From a candidate division WOR-3 bacterium (GTDB lineage Bacteria > Hydrothermota > Tepidihabitantia > Tepidihabitantales > Tepidihabitantaceae): a DNA stretch of 64,000 nucleotides. The stretch is taken from positions 1,767-65,766 of the forward strand of contig JBDRUH010000001.1 of NCBI GenBank assembly GCA_039801225.1, written 5' to 3'. The position numbers and the translations under genes are program-made. The notes beneath the pieces are model-generated. The model was given only the letters and a program-made list of their open reading frames with translations. It was not told the origin of the DNA and did not search any database. This document shows positions 28,546-37,203 of this stretch, in pieces (position 1 is the stretch's first letter; the number at the start of each line of letters is the position of its first letter).

Positions 28546-28812
28546 ATGAATAATGGCTGGGAATACAAGTTCTTGCAAATAGATATCAATTTGAGTCCGA
28601 TTTTGAAAATGGCTCGCTGGGGTGTCCAAGTGCCAGGCGAAAAAAAGCCGCGGGATACTATGGAAGGAGTGGAGGCTTATGTAAACGACCTTGGCCGGGA
28701 AGGTTGGGAACTGGTGGCGACTGTGAACGGAACCGATCACAGTGGTGTAATTACCCGGGCGATCCTTTTCTTCAAAAGACCCATCACCGCGAAGGATACA
28801 ACAATGCAATAG
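28546..28812 (+). CDS. DUF4177-like small protein
   Basis: WEYKFLQIDI...GREGWELVATV pattern resembles DUF4177. RBS aggagg upstream. Confidence 0.5.
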   Translation: MNNGWEYKFLQIDINLSPILKMARWGVQVPGEKKPRDTMEGVEAYVNDLGREGWELVATVNGTDHSGVITRAILFFKRPITAKDTTMQ

Positions 28813-28814
28813 GG

Positions 28815-29306
28815 ATGAAGTTCAGCGGGATTGATGCCTTAGCAACTGGTATTGTCTCATTAGTTGCCGGAATTCAGTTTCTTCGGGCAATAAGAGATTT
28901 TTCCCTGGTATTCTATGAAACTATCTTTCTGATTGCATCATTGGTCGCCGCGGTGAAGATATTTATGCCGGTGCATAATTTGAGCGGGCTGTCGGTACCG
29001 GTATCTTTTTTGGTAATATTTGTAATCTTCGCGATATTGGGAATAATCATCGCCAGTATATTCAACCAGACTCTGGAGTTTGGTTTTGGCAGTTTCAACT
29101 ACTTCTTCGGACTGCTCATCGGTATCGCTTGTGGTTTTGTCGTCGGTCACACCGCCCTCAGGACGCTAATTATCGCTTATCGAGAAACAAAGCCAGAATT
29201 GGTTGAATCAATTCACCGTTCCTGGATGGCGAGCCAGGTACTTTATTTTGGTGCCTTTCGGGAATTACTCGGAATGTTAAGAATCGCCCGGTATCACAAT
29301 ATTTAA
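28815..29306 (+). CDS. Hypothetical polytopic membrane protein
   Basis: Start moved to ATG 28815 (MKFSG...), 3 nt after the DUF4177 stop. About 4 predicted TM helices. Confidence 0.5.
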   Translation: MKFSGIDALATGIVSLVAGIQFLRAIRDFSLVFYETIFLIASLVAAVKIFMPVHNLSGLSVPVSFLVIFVIFAILGIIIASIFNQTLEFGFGSFNYFFGLLIGIACGFVVGHTALRTLIIAYRETKPELVESIHRSWMASQVLYFGAFRELLGMLRIARYHNI

Positions 29307-29343
29307 CTTAAAACAAAACCACCTTAAATGGCAATCCAACTTC

Positions 29344-29437
29344 GCAAACCTAAAGGTAGTCGCACAGCGACCTGCCCGAATCGGGCAGAGTGCCCTACAT
29401 ATACCCTTTTTGGCTTTTGGATTTTAGATTTTGGATT
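29344..29437. repeat. Intergenic member of the nested palindromic repeat family (core gcaaacctaaaggtagtcgcacagcgacctgc ... gcagagtgccctacat, followed by a ttttggc-type microsatellite)
   Basis: A shared 32-nt core with 36974-37005 (exact). 13-nt termini gcaaacctaaagg and gccctacat shared with 32356-32380. The internal palindrome ctgcccgaatcgggcag. Confidence 0.6.
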
Positions 29438-29446
29438 ATATCTCCT

Positions 29447-29785
29447 TTACCAGCGTCGGTTGGAATAGCCTCCACCGCTACGACCTCCGCGGTGAGAACC
29501 ACGAGTGCCACGACCTCGGACACCACCTCTACTTTCAATTCGCTCCCGGGCTTCAGCCACTTTCAACGCCCGGTCCTCCCAGTTATAGCCATTCAGATTG
29601 GAAATCGCTGATTGAGCCCCCTGGTCATTAGCCATCTCTATAAAAGCGAACCCCCGCGGACGGTTGGTAAACCGGTCGGTAACGATATTTACTGAAACTA
29701 CCTCACCCTGCTGACTGAACAAGTCACGCAGTTGATCTTCTGTTGCGCTGAATGGTAAATTACCTACAAACAAGCGCCTTGACAT
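29447..29785 (-). CDS. RNA-binding protein (RRM domain with RGG-rich tail)
   Basis: RNP1/RNP2: LFVGNLPF and RGFAFIEM. C-terminal GGVRGRGTRGSHRGGRSGGG. Confidence 0.85.
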   Translation of the reverse strand: MSRRLFVGNLPFSATEDQLRDLFSQQGEVVSVNIVTDRFTNRPRGFAFIEMANDQGAQSAISNLNGYNWEDRALKVAEARERIESRGGVRGRGTRGSHRGGRSGGGYSNRRW

Positions 29786-30063
29786 GTTTATCCTCCTATA
29801 TATTGTTATGCCTTAGAGCGTTCAAAAATGGTGGACTTGCGGGTAGGTAGTTTTTCCGCCCCACCAGCATCGAACGGTCTTAAGTTCTTCCCGGGTTATT
29901 TCTCAATTGTTGGCTGATAACCCGTCTTCAGTCAACAATCAATAATACCCAAATTCCTGATAATGTCAAATTTTTTAGGAGATTACCGATGATACTCTCA
30001 GCTGTCAGCGGAATGAATCAGCCGAGGGGCTTGACCCGGAAATAACTATTGGTAAATTAGATT

Positions 30064-31062
30064 ATGCTTTATCGTGAGGCCGGTGTTGATATTGACCGGA
30101 TGAGTGCGGTGAAAAAGGAGATTGCTCAACTGGTGAAAACGACCTTTTCCCCTGAGGTCCTCTCCGAAATCGGGCTCTTTGGCGCGCTATTCCGCTGTCC
30201 AATGGGGAAAAATCCCGTTTTAGTAGCAAGTTGTGACAGCGTTGGAACTAAGGTCTTTATAGCTAAAAATCTGGGTGTCTACCACACGGTAGGCATTGAT
30301 ATTGTCAATCACTGTGTAAATGACATCTTAACCTTGGGGGCAAAACCACTTTTCTTCCTTGACTACATCGCCCATTCTGATCTCAAGAACAGTCAATTGG
30401 TTGATATCGTCAAAGGTCTTTCCCGTGCTTGCCGGATGAACAACTGCTCTCTGGTTGGCGGTGAAACGGCAATGATGCCCGATTTGTATCGCCCGGGTGA
30501 TTTTGATTTGGTCGGTTTTATCGTCGGGGTAGTAGAGAAAAAGAAAATTGTCAACCCTGAGAGTCTTGAGCCGCAAGATCTGGCTATCGGCATCCCCTCT
30601 AGCGGTCTGCACACCAACGGTTATTCCCTTGCCCGAAAAGTTTTATTTTCTAAAAACCGATTCACTGTCTCTTCCCGATTGAAAGGCTTAAGGCGTCCGT
30701 TGGGAAAAGAGTTGCTGGTGCCCCATCGCTCTTATCTTTGGCTCGTTTACCCTCACCTTGAGCATATTAAAGCAATCGCCCACATCACTGGCGGTGGGTT
30801 TTATGAGAATATCAAACGGTTACTGCCGCCAGAGAGGGCATGTATTATCAAAAAGTCATCCTGGCGCCCCAAGCCAATCTTCCGACTGATTCAGCGCTTG
30901 GGTAATATTCCAGACACGGAGATGTATCGGACATTCAACATGGGGATGGGAATGGTGCTATTTATCTCACCGGAACGGAAAGAAAAGGTTCTAAGGGCCA
31001 TCCCCGGGGCGAAGGTGATTGGGAAAATTGTCCGTGGTACATTTGGCGTGGTGGTTATATAA
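30064..31062 (+). CDS. purM: Phosphoribosylformylglycinamidine cyclo-ligase (AIR synthetase)
   Basis: YREAGVDID, CDSVGTK, HCVNDILTLGAKPLFFLDY. Confidence 0.9.
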   Translation: MLYREAGVDIDRMSAVKKEIAQLVKTTFSPEVLSEIGLFGALFRCPMGKNPVLVASCDSVGTKVFIAKNLGVYHTVGIDIVNHCVNDILTLGAKPLFFLDYIAHSDLKNSQLVDIVKGLSRACRMNNCSLVGGETAMMPDLYRPGDFDLVGFIVGVVEKKKIVNPESLEPQDLAIGIPSSGLHTNGYSLARKVLFSKNRFTVSSRLKGLRRPLGKELLVPHRSYLWLVYPHLEHIKAIAHITGGGFYENIKRLLPPERACIIKKSSWRPKPIFRLIQRLGNIPDTEMYRTFNMGMGMVLFISPERKEKVLRAIPGAKVIGKIVRGTFGVVVI

Positions 31063-31067
31063 GAAAT

Positions 31068-31985
31068 TTATGCCCGGGGGTGAAAGGTTTTATAAACCTC
31101 GCGCAGATAACTGCGGTCAATATGGGTGTATATTTGAGTTGTGGTAATACTTTGATGTCCGAGCATCTCCTGGACAGCGCGCAAATCAGCGCCACCTTCA
31201 AGGAGATGGGTAGCAAAGGAATGACGGAGAGTGTGCGGTGTTACCCGGCGTTTGATTCCCGCAAGGTGCCAACATTTCTTTAATATTTTCCAGAACCCCA
31301 TTCGGGTGAGACGAGCGCCACGGATGTTCAAAAAGAGGTAGGGATTACTTTTCCCGCGGCTGTAATAGGGTCGGGCGATGTTGAGATAATCCTTCACCGC
31401 CGAAATTGCCAGTTCCCCTAATGGCACCATTCGTTCCTTGCCTCGTTTACCGATAACCCGGACAAACCTCTCACTTAAATCAATATCACCTGTCTTCAAA
31501 TTAATGAGTTCTGAAACCCTCAAACCAGCCCCATAAGCCACCTCTAACATTGCCTTTGCCCGCAATACCCAGAACCGGTTAGCCACCTTCTCGGCACCCT
31601 CTATCAATTGGGCAACTTCTGATTGACTGAGCGTATCTGGTAGGTGATGCGGTACCTTGGGCACTTTTAAATCAACCGTTGGGTTGCAGGGTAAATTATA
31701 CTCGTTTACTAAAAAATCATAGAAGGAACGAATCGCTATTAACTTACGCGCTAAAGTAGAACTGGCTAACCCACAGTCGGCAAGGTGTCTAATATAATCT
31801 CTAATTGCCGCGGTCTGTGGGTGGTTCAGTCTTTCTTTAAAAGGACCGCTAAGAAATTGCTTCACATCGGTAAGATAGCAGTCTACGGAGGTTTTACTTA
31901 TCCCTCTCTCTACTAAAAGGTAATGGGCAAAACGCTCCAATATCTCGCTTTGTGGCTCTTGCCCGATTCGGGCATTATATTTCAA
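31068..31985 (-). CDS. Site-specific tyrosine recombinase XerC/XerD family
   Basis: RHSFATHLLEGGADLRAVQEMLGHQSITTTQIYTHI (R..H..Y catalytic region). Length 305 aa. Confidence 0.85.
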   Translation of the reverse strand: MKYNARIGQEPQSEILERFAHYLLVERGISKTSVDCYLTDVKQFLSGPFKERLNHPQTAAIRDYIRHLADCGLASSTLARKLIAIRSFYDFLVNEYNLPCNPTVDLKVPKVPHHLPDTLSQSEVAQLIEGAEKVANRFWVLRAKAMLEVAYGAGLRVSELINLKTGDIDLSERFVRVIGKRGKERMVPLGELAISAVKDYLNIARPYYSRGKSNPYLFLNIRGARLTRMGFWKILKKCWHLAGIKRRVTPHTLRHSFATHLLEGGADLRAVQEMLGHQSITTTQIYTHIDRSYLREVYKTFHPRA

Positions 31986-33585
31986 GGTCTGTCTTAGATA
32001 TTATAGTATCTTTCTCAAACCTTTCATCCGGTAAAGGATGATCCTGATTATAGTGGAGACCGCGGGACTCAAGACGGCGCTGGGCGCAGGCAACAATTAG
32101 CCGGGCGGTAAAAAGGAGATTGCGGAGTTCTAAACTATGAATTTCGCAAGCACTGGACACTTGGGATTGAGAACTGAGCACTGATAGTTCTGCCGCCGCT
32201 TTTTTCAGCCCGGCATCACTCCGGACGATTCCCGCATAACGCCACATTATCTCCCGCAGACGCCTTGGCAAATGTGGAAGTGCGAATGCGAAATGCGGAA
32301 ATTCTGAATTCCGAATTCCGAATTCTTTTGGCTTTTGGCTTTTGCCTTTACTTTTTGCAAACCTAAAGGTTTGCCCTACATTTTCCTGTGCCGCTATCGC
32401 CGCCCTTTCGGCAAATACCAGCGCCTCAAGAAGCGAATTGGAGGCGAGGCGATTTGCGCCATGAAGTCCAGTGCAGGCACACTCACCTGCGGCAAAAAGC
32501 CCTTTTATCGTAGACTCTCCCCAGGAGTTAACCAAAACTCCACCGCAGACATAATGAGCTGCTGGAACAACCGGAATCGGCTCCCGGGTAATATCTATTC
32601 CCAAATCAAGGCAGGTTTTGTAAATATTGGGAAACCGCTCCTTTAATCTTTTTGGCGGTATCGGCGAGCAATCCAACAGCACAAATTCCTCCCCGCGCCG
32701 GGCAATTTCAGCAGCAATTGCCCGAGCAACTACATCCCTTGGTGCCAAAGAGCCATCAGGATGGTAGGCGTTCATAAAAGGCTTACCATCCCTGGTCCGC
32801 AAAATTGCCCCTTCCCCCCTAACTGCCTCAGAAATAAGAAACGCCCGGTCGTCTATCTTTCTCCCGTAGAGCGTGGTTGGATGAAACTGGATAAACTCCA
32901 TATTGGCGATTTTTGCTCCTGCCCGGAACGCCATAGCAATTCCATCGCCAGTGGCAATCATAGGATTTGTGGTATGAAGATAGACCTGACCAATTCCTCC
33001 TGTTGCAAGAAGGCATACCCGGGAATGGACAAGGACCATCTCTTTGGTGGATTTATTTAAAACAATCACCCCCCAGTATTCGCCGTTTTCATTTAAAACA
33101 ATATCAACAGCAAAATGCTCCTCCCAGATTTTTACATTTGGTTGAGAACTCACCACCTGAAGCAGACCTCGTTCAATTTCAAACCCGGTGGCATCCTGAG
33201 CGTGAACAATCCGCCGCCGCCTGTGTCCGCCCTCCTGACCGAGGTCAAACTGCGGTTCACCTTTGACATCAACCGTGGCAGAAAACTTTATTCCTAACGC
33301 CCATAACTCCCGGACGAGGCGTGGACCAGATTCGGTAACCAGTTTCACAATATCCTTGTGGGCAAGACCCGCGCCAACCCTAATCGTATCCTCGTAATGA
33401 ATCTGGGGATTATCATCTTCTGCGACTGCAGCGGCGATCCCGCCCTGAGCATAGTTGGTATTTGACTCCGGGCTCTCCTTCTTTGTCACAATAAGGACAT
33501 TCCCTTTCTCTTTTAATTTATAAGCAAACCAGAGTCCGGCGATTCCGGAACCAAGAATTAGATAGTCAACCGTGATTTGATCCAC
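31975..33585 (-). CDS. nadB: L-aspartate oxidase
   Basis: N-terminal FAD motif LILGSGIAGL. FAAGECACTGLHGANRLASNSLLEALVF. C-terminal ESRGLHYNQDHP. Contains an in-frame repeat-derived insert (see finding at 32281-32385). Confidence 0.85.
   Translation of the reverse strand: MDQITVDYLILGSGIAGLWFAYKLKEKGNVLIVTKKESPESNTNYAQGGIAAAVAEDDNPQIHYEDTIRVGAGLAHKDIVKLVTESGPRLVRELWALGIKFSATVDVKGEPQFDLGQEGGHRRRRIVHAQDATGFEIERGLLQVVSSQPNVKIWEEHFAVDIVLNENGEYWGVIVLNKSTKEMVLVHSRVCLLATGGIGQVYLHTTNPMIATGDGIAMAFRAGAKIANMEFIQFHPTTLYGRKIDDRAFLISEAVRGEGAILRTRDGKPFMNAYHPDGSLAPRDVVARAIAAEIARRGEEFVLLDCSPIPPKRLKERFPNIYKTCLDLGIDITREPIPVVPAAHYVCGGVLVNSWGESTIKGLFAAGECACTGLHGANRLASNSLLEALVFAERAAIAAQENVGQTFRFAKSKGKSQKPKEFGIRNSEFPHFAFALPHLPRRLREIMWRYAGIVRSDAGLKKAAAELSVLSSQSQVSSACEIHSLELRNLLFTARLIVACAQRRLESRGLHYNQDHPLPDERFEKDTIISKTDLEI
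32281..32385. repeat. Member of the nested repeat family located in-frame inside nadB (gaattccg tandem, ttttggc microsatellite, gcaaacctaaagg-tttgccctacat core)
   Basis: Shares gcaaacctaaagg and gccctacat with 29344-29400 and 36974-37112. Encodes ...TFRFAKSKGKSQKPKEFGIRNSEFPHFAFALP within the NadB C-terminal linker. Confidence 0.55.
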
Positions 33586-33596
33586 TCTCCAGTTCG

Positions 33597-34280
33597 TTAC
33601 AGTCGGTATGAGACCTTCACGCCTGGCTGATTTTCTGCCGGTTTAAATTCAAGCCGACTACTCAACTTAGCCTCGGGCAGGAAAAACAGACAATCTAAAA
33701 AACTTACCAGCCGGTTCAAGACCAGTGCGGCAGCAAGAAAACTGGCGTTCATCCCGGCAGTCCGTGCGGCTCTTCTCGTGCGCCAGTAGGAATAAATGCG
33801 GATTGAGTCTGAACTCCAGTCCCACTGGGCGCTACCAAAATACCCCCGCGCCTGGTAATATCGGCGCTGGGCATCCGGGTCATTAGGATACAGTTCTCTT
33901 GCCTCCCTTCGGATATCTTCATTGAACTGTTCGGCATTATCGTAAACCTCCAGCGCCCGGTAATAACGGCGGTCGGTTATGGTAATGTCCGCACTGGCAT
34001 ATCTTTTGGCGATAAGCCGGGCGTCTTGCTCCCGGCTCTTCTGTAACCAAGCAAACCCTGCCCAACCCGAAAAGAAAATGCCATCCATCCATAGCATCAC
34101 CTCTCCCCGTTTTTTCACCCCGCTAAGCAACTGCCCACTACCAGGTAGAACTATAGAACTCAGCATCACAACACCTCGCCCCAGTTTCTTGGTTTTGAGT
34201 TCCTGGTTTTGAGTTTTAGAAAATATGAATTCTGAAATAGGGGAATTGCTGACTAATAAGACCGCCAGAACCAAACTCAT
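33597..34280 (-). CDS. Hypothetical membrane protein (DUF5683-like)
   Basis: SIVLPGSGQLLSGVKKRGEVMLWMDGIFFSGWAGFAW resembles the DUF5683 motif. Weak. Confidence 0.4.
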   Translation of the reverse strand: MSLVLAVLLVSNSPISEFIFSKTQNQELKTKKLGRGVVMLSSIVLPGSGQLLSGVKKRGEVMLWMDGIFFSGWAGFAWLQKSREQDARLIAKRYASADITITDRRYYRALEVYDNAEQFNEDIRREARELYPNDPDAQRRYYQARGYFGSAQWDWSSDSIRIYSYWRTRRAARTAGMNASFLAAALVLNRLVSFLDCLFFLPEAKLSSRLEFKPAENQPGVKVSYRL

Positions 34281-34335
34281 TTTCCCTCCTTATTTTTCTT
34301 TTTACTGCTTACTCTTTGCTCTTTAATTTCTAGCC

Positions 34336-37203
34336 TCATTCAATAATCAATTTCTTTCCGGTTATCATGCTTTTATAGCGGACAGTTAAAAAATAGACTC
34401 CAGGAATGAGCCCATCCAGGGCAACCTCCTCTTCAGCTACTCTTAGTTGATATCTCTTTACCTCTCGCCCCGATACATCATAAATACCGATATAAGCACC
34501 GGCTTGGGCAGCAACCTTGATACTTCCCTTTCGCGAGAGAATTGTGGCGCACATTTGGCTTTTGGCTTTTGGCTTTTGGCTTTTAACTTCCTCCACTCCA
34601 ATCAGATTCCAGTCGGTAAGTTTGGCATAAATGTCCCATCCCCGGTGCCGACGGTTGTCAGTCCAGGTAAAAGCAATTCTTTCCCTGTTAGCAGCAACGC
34701 TCTGACCAACAGTCCAGTGGACATTTTTCGGGAATATATTGGGTTCATTAATTTTCTTATTGTTGCTGACTCTTGTTCCATCTTCTCGGAACCGCTGGCA
34801 GTAAATCTGCGGATTGCCATAACCTTCCCTTTCATCGTTAAACATAACCACCAGCCTGCCCGAAGGGTCAAAGGAACAGGTTGGTGAGTAGGCGTCGTAA
34901 TCAAACCCTAAGGGTTCGTTAATCCGTTCATTCTCGCCCAGTGGCTTACCGATTGAGTCCAACCACTGCAGATAAACATTATAGGTCTCGTTTCTGGTAT
35001 CCTCCCAAGCGATCGCTATCCTCCTCTCATCCGATATGGCACAGGCTGGATAACCCTGATAAACGGCACTAGCGTCAGTATTCACCCGAATATTCCCGCC
35101 TATTCTTGAACCATCAGGACGGAATAACTGACAGTAAATATTATAATCACCATCCCGTAAGTCCATCCAACTTACAACCCATTCTCCAGAAGAGTTCATC
35201 GCTACGCTGGCATAACAACCTTCTGCGGCAGGGTCACTAACTAAAAACTCTGGACCCTGGGGATTGCCACTTTCGTCATAAAGCCGGGCAAATATCTGCG
35301 CCTTCCCTTCTCGATAATCAGTCCAGACAACCACCGCCCGATTGAAAGAATCAAGGGCACAATAGGAATACCACTGAAAGCCACCACTCGCATCAGAATT
35401 CACCCGAAAGTTGCCACCGCTCGGCTCACCTTCTCTATCAAAAAACTGACCGTATATATCCGCTTCATCACCTCTGATCTCGGTCCAGGTAACAAGAAAC
35501 CGTCCTTTGCCACCAGCAACACTGGGGTAATAATGGAGCGCACCAGGCAGTTCCTCATTTACTTTAATATTATCGCCTACCTCTTTTCCTAAAGAGTCAA
35601 ACACCGCGAAGTAGATGTCCGATTCACCATTTCGCTCATCATCCCAGGCGATGCCAATATTGCCCTGGCGTTCCATTCCGATTGATGATGTCCGCTGATG
35701 AGCACTAGCGCTATCATCATTCACCTTGAAATTACTGCCAATCGGTGTCCCATCCCGAGCGAGCCTTTGACAGTAGATATCCAAATTCCCTGCCCGGGCG
35801 TCAGCCCAGGCAACCCAGTAACCACCATCCAAAGTGGCTGCCACACTTGGTGAATTTTGGCTGGCTCCCCCGATGTCGGTATTTATTTTAAACTCATCTC
35901 CTATCCGATTGCCCTGGATATCAAACCGCTGGGCATAAATGTCCTCCTGTCCATCCCGACAATCGGTCCAGACAATTATAAACTCACCCAATTGATTTAT
36001 CGCCACATCACTGCCGAACTGGTCGGCATCGCCGTTATCGTTATTAACCCGGAAGTTGTCGCCTATCGGCTCGCCCGAACTTGAATAAATCTGGGCATAA
36101 ATATCCCCCTGACCGCGGCGATGGTCATCCCAGGAGATGACAAACTCACCGCTCGGAGAAACACCGATTGACGGTGACCACTGAGTGCTGTCATCGGTTG
36201 TAACCTGAATGTTATTACCCAACCTGGTGCCATCAAACCGAAATCGTTGAAAGAATATGTTCCAGTCCCAGGCGTTGTTTCCCCTTCCATCCATCCATAC
36301 AACCACAAACCTGCCCGAGTCATCACTTCCTACCGAAGGTTCATACTGATTGGCATAACCAATCGGGTCATCATTTACCCGAAAATTACCGCCTTGGGGT
36401 GAGCCATCGGGGTTGAAAAATTGAGCATAGATATCGCCAGTAAGCCCAAATCTTCGGTCATCCCAGGCAACAAGTGCCGTGCCATCCGCTCCTATGGAAA
36501 CACTGGAAATACTCTGGTCTCCTGCTACCCCAGAATCACTCACCCGGAAATTATCACCAATTCTTGTTCCGTCAGCATCAAACCATTGAGCGAACACATC
36601 CGAGTTGCCAATCTCTCGCCGGTCCTCCCAGGTGAAGAGAAACTTACCATCCAAACCGATAGCACCTGCCGGGTCGCCCTGCCAGCCCATCGTTATATCG
36701 GTATTAACCCGCTCATTTGTTCCGATAGGATGACCGCTGGAGTCAAACCGCTGAAACCATATATCAGCATCACCATCCCGAAACTCATACCAGGCGATGA
36801 CAAATGAACCATCCGAACCTATAGCAATTGCCGGACCGGATTGAGGACAACCACCGGTTATATCATCATTACATAGAAAGTCACCCCGGATGACACTATC
36901 TCTGTCACCCTTATAGGACAAGGCTTTAGCCAACAAAAATGTAGGGCAAGGCTTTAGCCTTGCTTTTCCGAATGCAAACCTAAAGGTAGTCGCACAGCGA
37001 CCTGCGTGCTCCACACAAGGGAGCCCAAAGACAGATGACCGAAGACCGTCTCCGGTCTCCCGTCTCCTGTCTTCTGTTGAGCGGGGTTTGGGGCACGCAG
37101 AGTGCCCTACATTACTCGTGGGGATATTAGCCAAGTTGTAGGACAACGCTTTAGCCCTACCTTCTCCCAAAATCATAAATCCCAATATGAGAATTAAATT
37201 CAT
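34336..37203 (-). CDS. T9SS-secreted protein with ~14 tandem ~48-aa repeats (W.D.R.G..DIY.QRFD..G...G.NFRVN.D motif), family unknown
   Basis: N-terminal signal peptide MNLILILGFMILG. C-terminal type-A sorting domain (IGIYDVSGREVKRY...IPGVYFLTVRYKS...KKLIIE). Repeat periodicity read directly from the translation. The N-terminal ~90 aa and a C-terminal KSQKPKAKSQ linker are encoded by repeat-family DNA. Confidence 0.7.
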   Translation of the reverse strand: MNLILILGFMILGEGRAKALSYNLANIPTSNVGHSACPKPRSTEDRRRETGDGLRSSVFGLPCVEHAGRCATTFRFAFGKARLKPCPTFLLAKALSYKGDRDSVIRGDFLCNDDITGGCPQSGPAIAIGSDGSFVIAWYEFRDGDADIWFQRFDSSGHPIGTNERVNTDITMGWQGDPAGAIGLDGKFLFTWEDRREIGNSDVFAQWFDADGTRIGDNFRVSDSGVAGDQSISSVSIGADGTALVAWDDRRFGLTGDIYAQFFNPDGSPQGGNFRVNDDPIGYANQYEPSVGSDDSGRFVVVWMDGRGNNAWDWNIFFQRFRFDGTRLGNNIQVTTDDSTQWSPSIGVSPSGEFVISWDDHRRGQGDIYAQIYSSSGEPIGDNFRVNNDNGDADQFGSDVAINQLGEFIIVWTDCRDGQEDIYAQRFDIQGNRIGDEFKINTDIGGASQNSPSVAATLDGGYWVAWADARAGNLDIYCQRLARDGTPIGSNFKVNDDSASAHQRTSSIGMERQGNIGIAWDDERNGESDIYFAVFDSLGKEVGDNIKVNEELPGALHYYPSVAGGKGRFLVTWTEIRGDEADIYGQFFDREGEPSGGNFRVNSDASGGFQWYSYCALDSFNRAVVVWTDYREGKAQIFARLYDESGNPQGPEFLVSDPAAEGCYASVAMNSSGEWVVSWMDLRDGDYNIYCQLFRPDGSRIGGNIRVNTDASAVYQGYPACAISDERRIAIAWEDTRNETYNVYLQWLDSIGKPLGENERINEPLGFDYDAYSPTCSFDPSGRLVVMFNDEREGYGNPQIYCQRFREDGTRVSNNKKINEPNIFPKNVHWTVGQSVAANRERIAFTWTDNRRHRGWDIYAKLTDWNLIGVEEVKSQKPKAKSQMCATILSRKGSIKVAAQAGAYIGIYDVSGREVKRYQLRVAEEEVALDGLIPGVYFLTVRYKSMITGKKLIIE
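36938..37112. repeat. MITE-like composite repeat with inverted termini atgtagggca ... tgccctacat, carrying a nested copy of a second repeat (gatgaccgaagaccgtct...)
   Basis: 10-nt perfect terminal inverted repeat. Internal 32-nt core identical to 29344-29375. An 18-nt segment identical to 23916-23933. Flanked by three ggctttagcc motifs. Lies inside the 5' coding region of the gene above. Confidence 0.55.

Noticed and set aside
29786-30063. ZTP (pfl) riboswitch upstream of purM
   Set aside because: The conserved pfl motif elements (GGGUCGUGAC...CCGCCUGGGCA pseudoknot) are not present in the leader.
32296-32345. Tandem gaattccg x3 and ttttggc repeats considered as a CRISPR-like array
   Set aside because: Unit length 7-8 nt with no spacers. 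It lies inside the nadB ORF and is a microsatellite/repeat-element fragment, not CRISPR.
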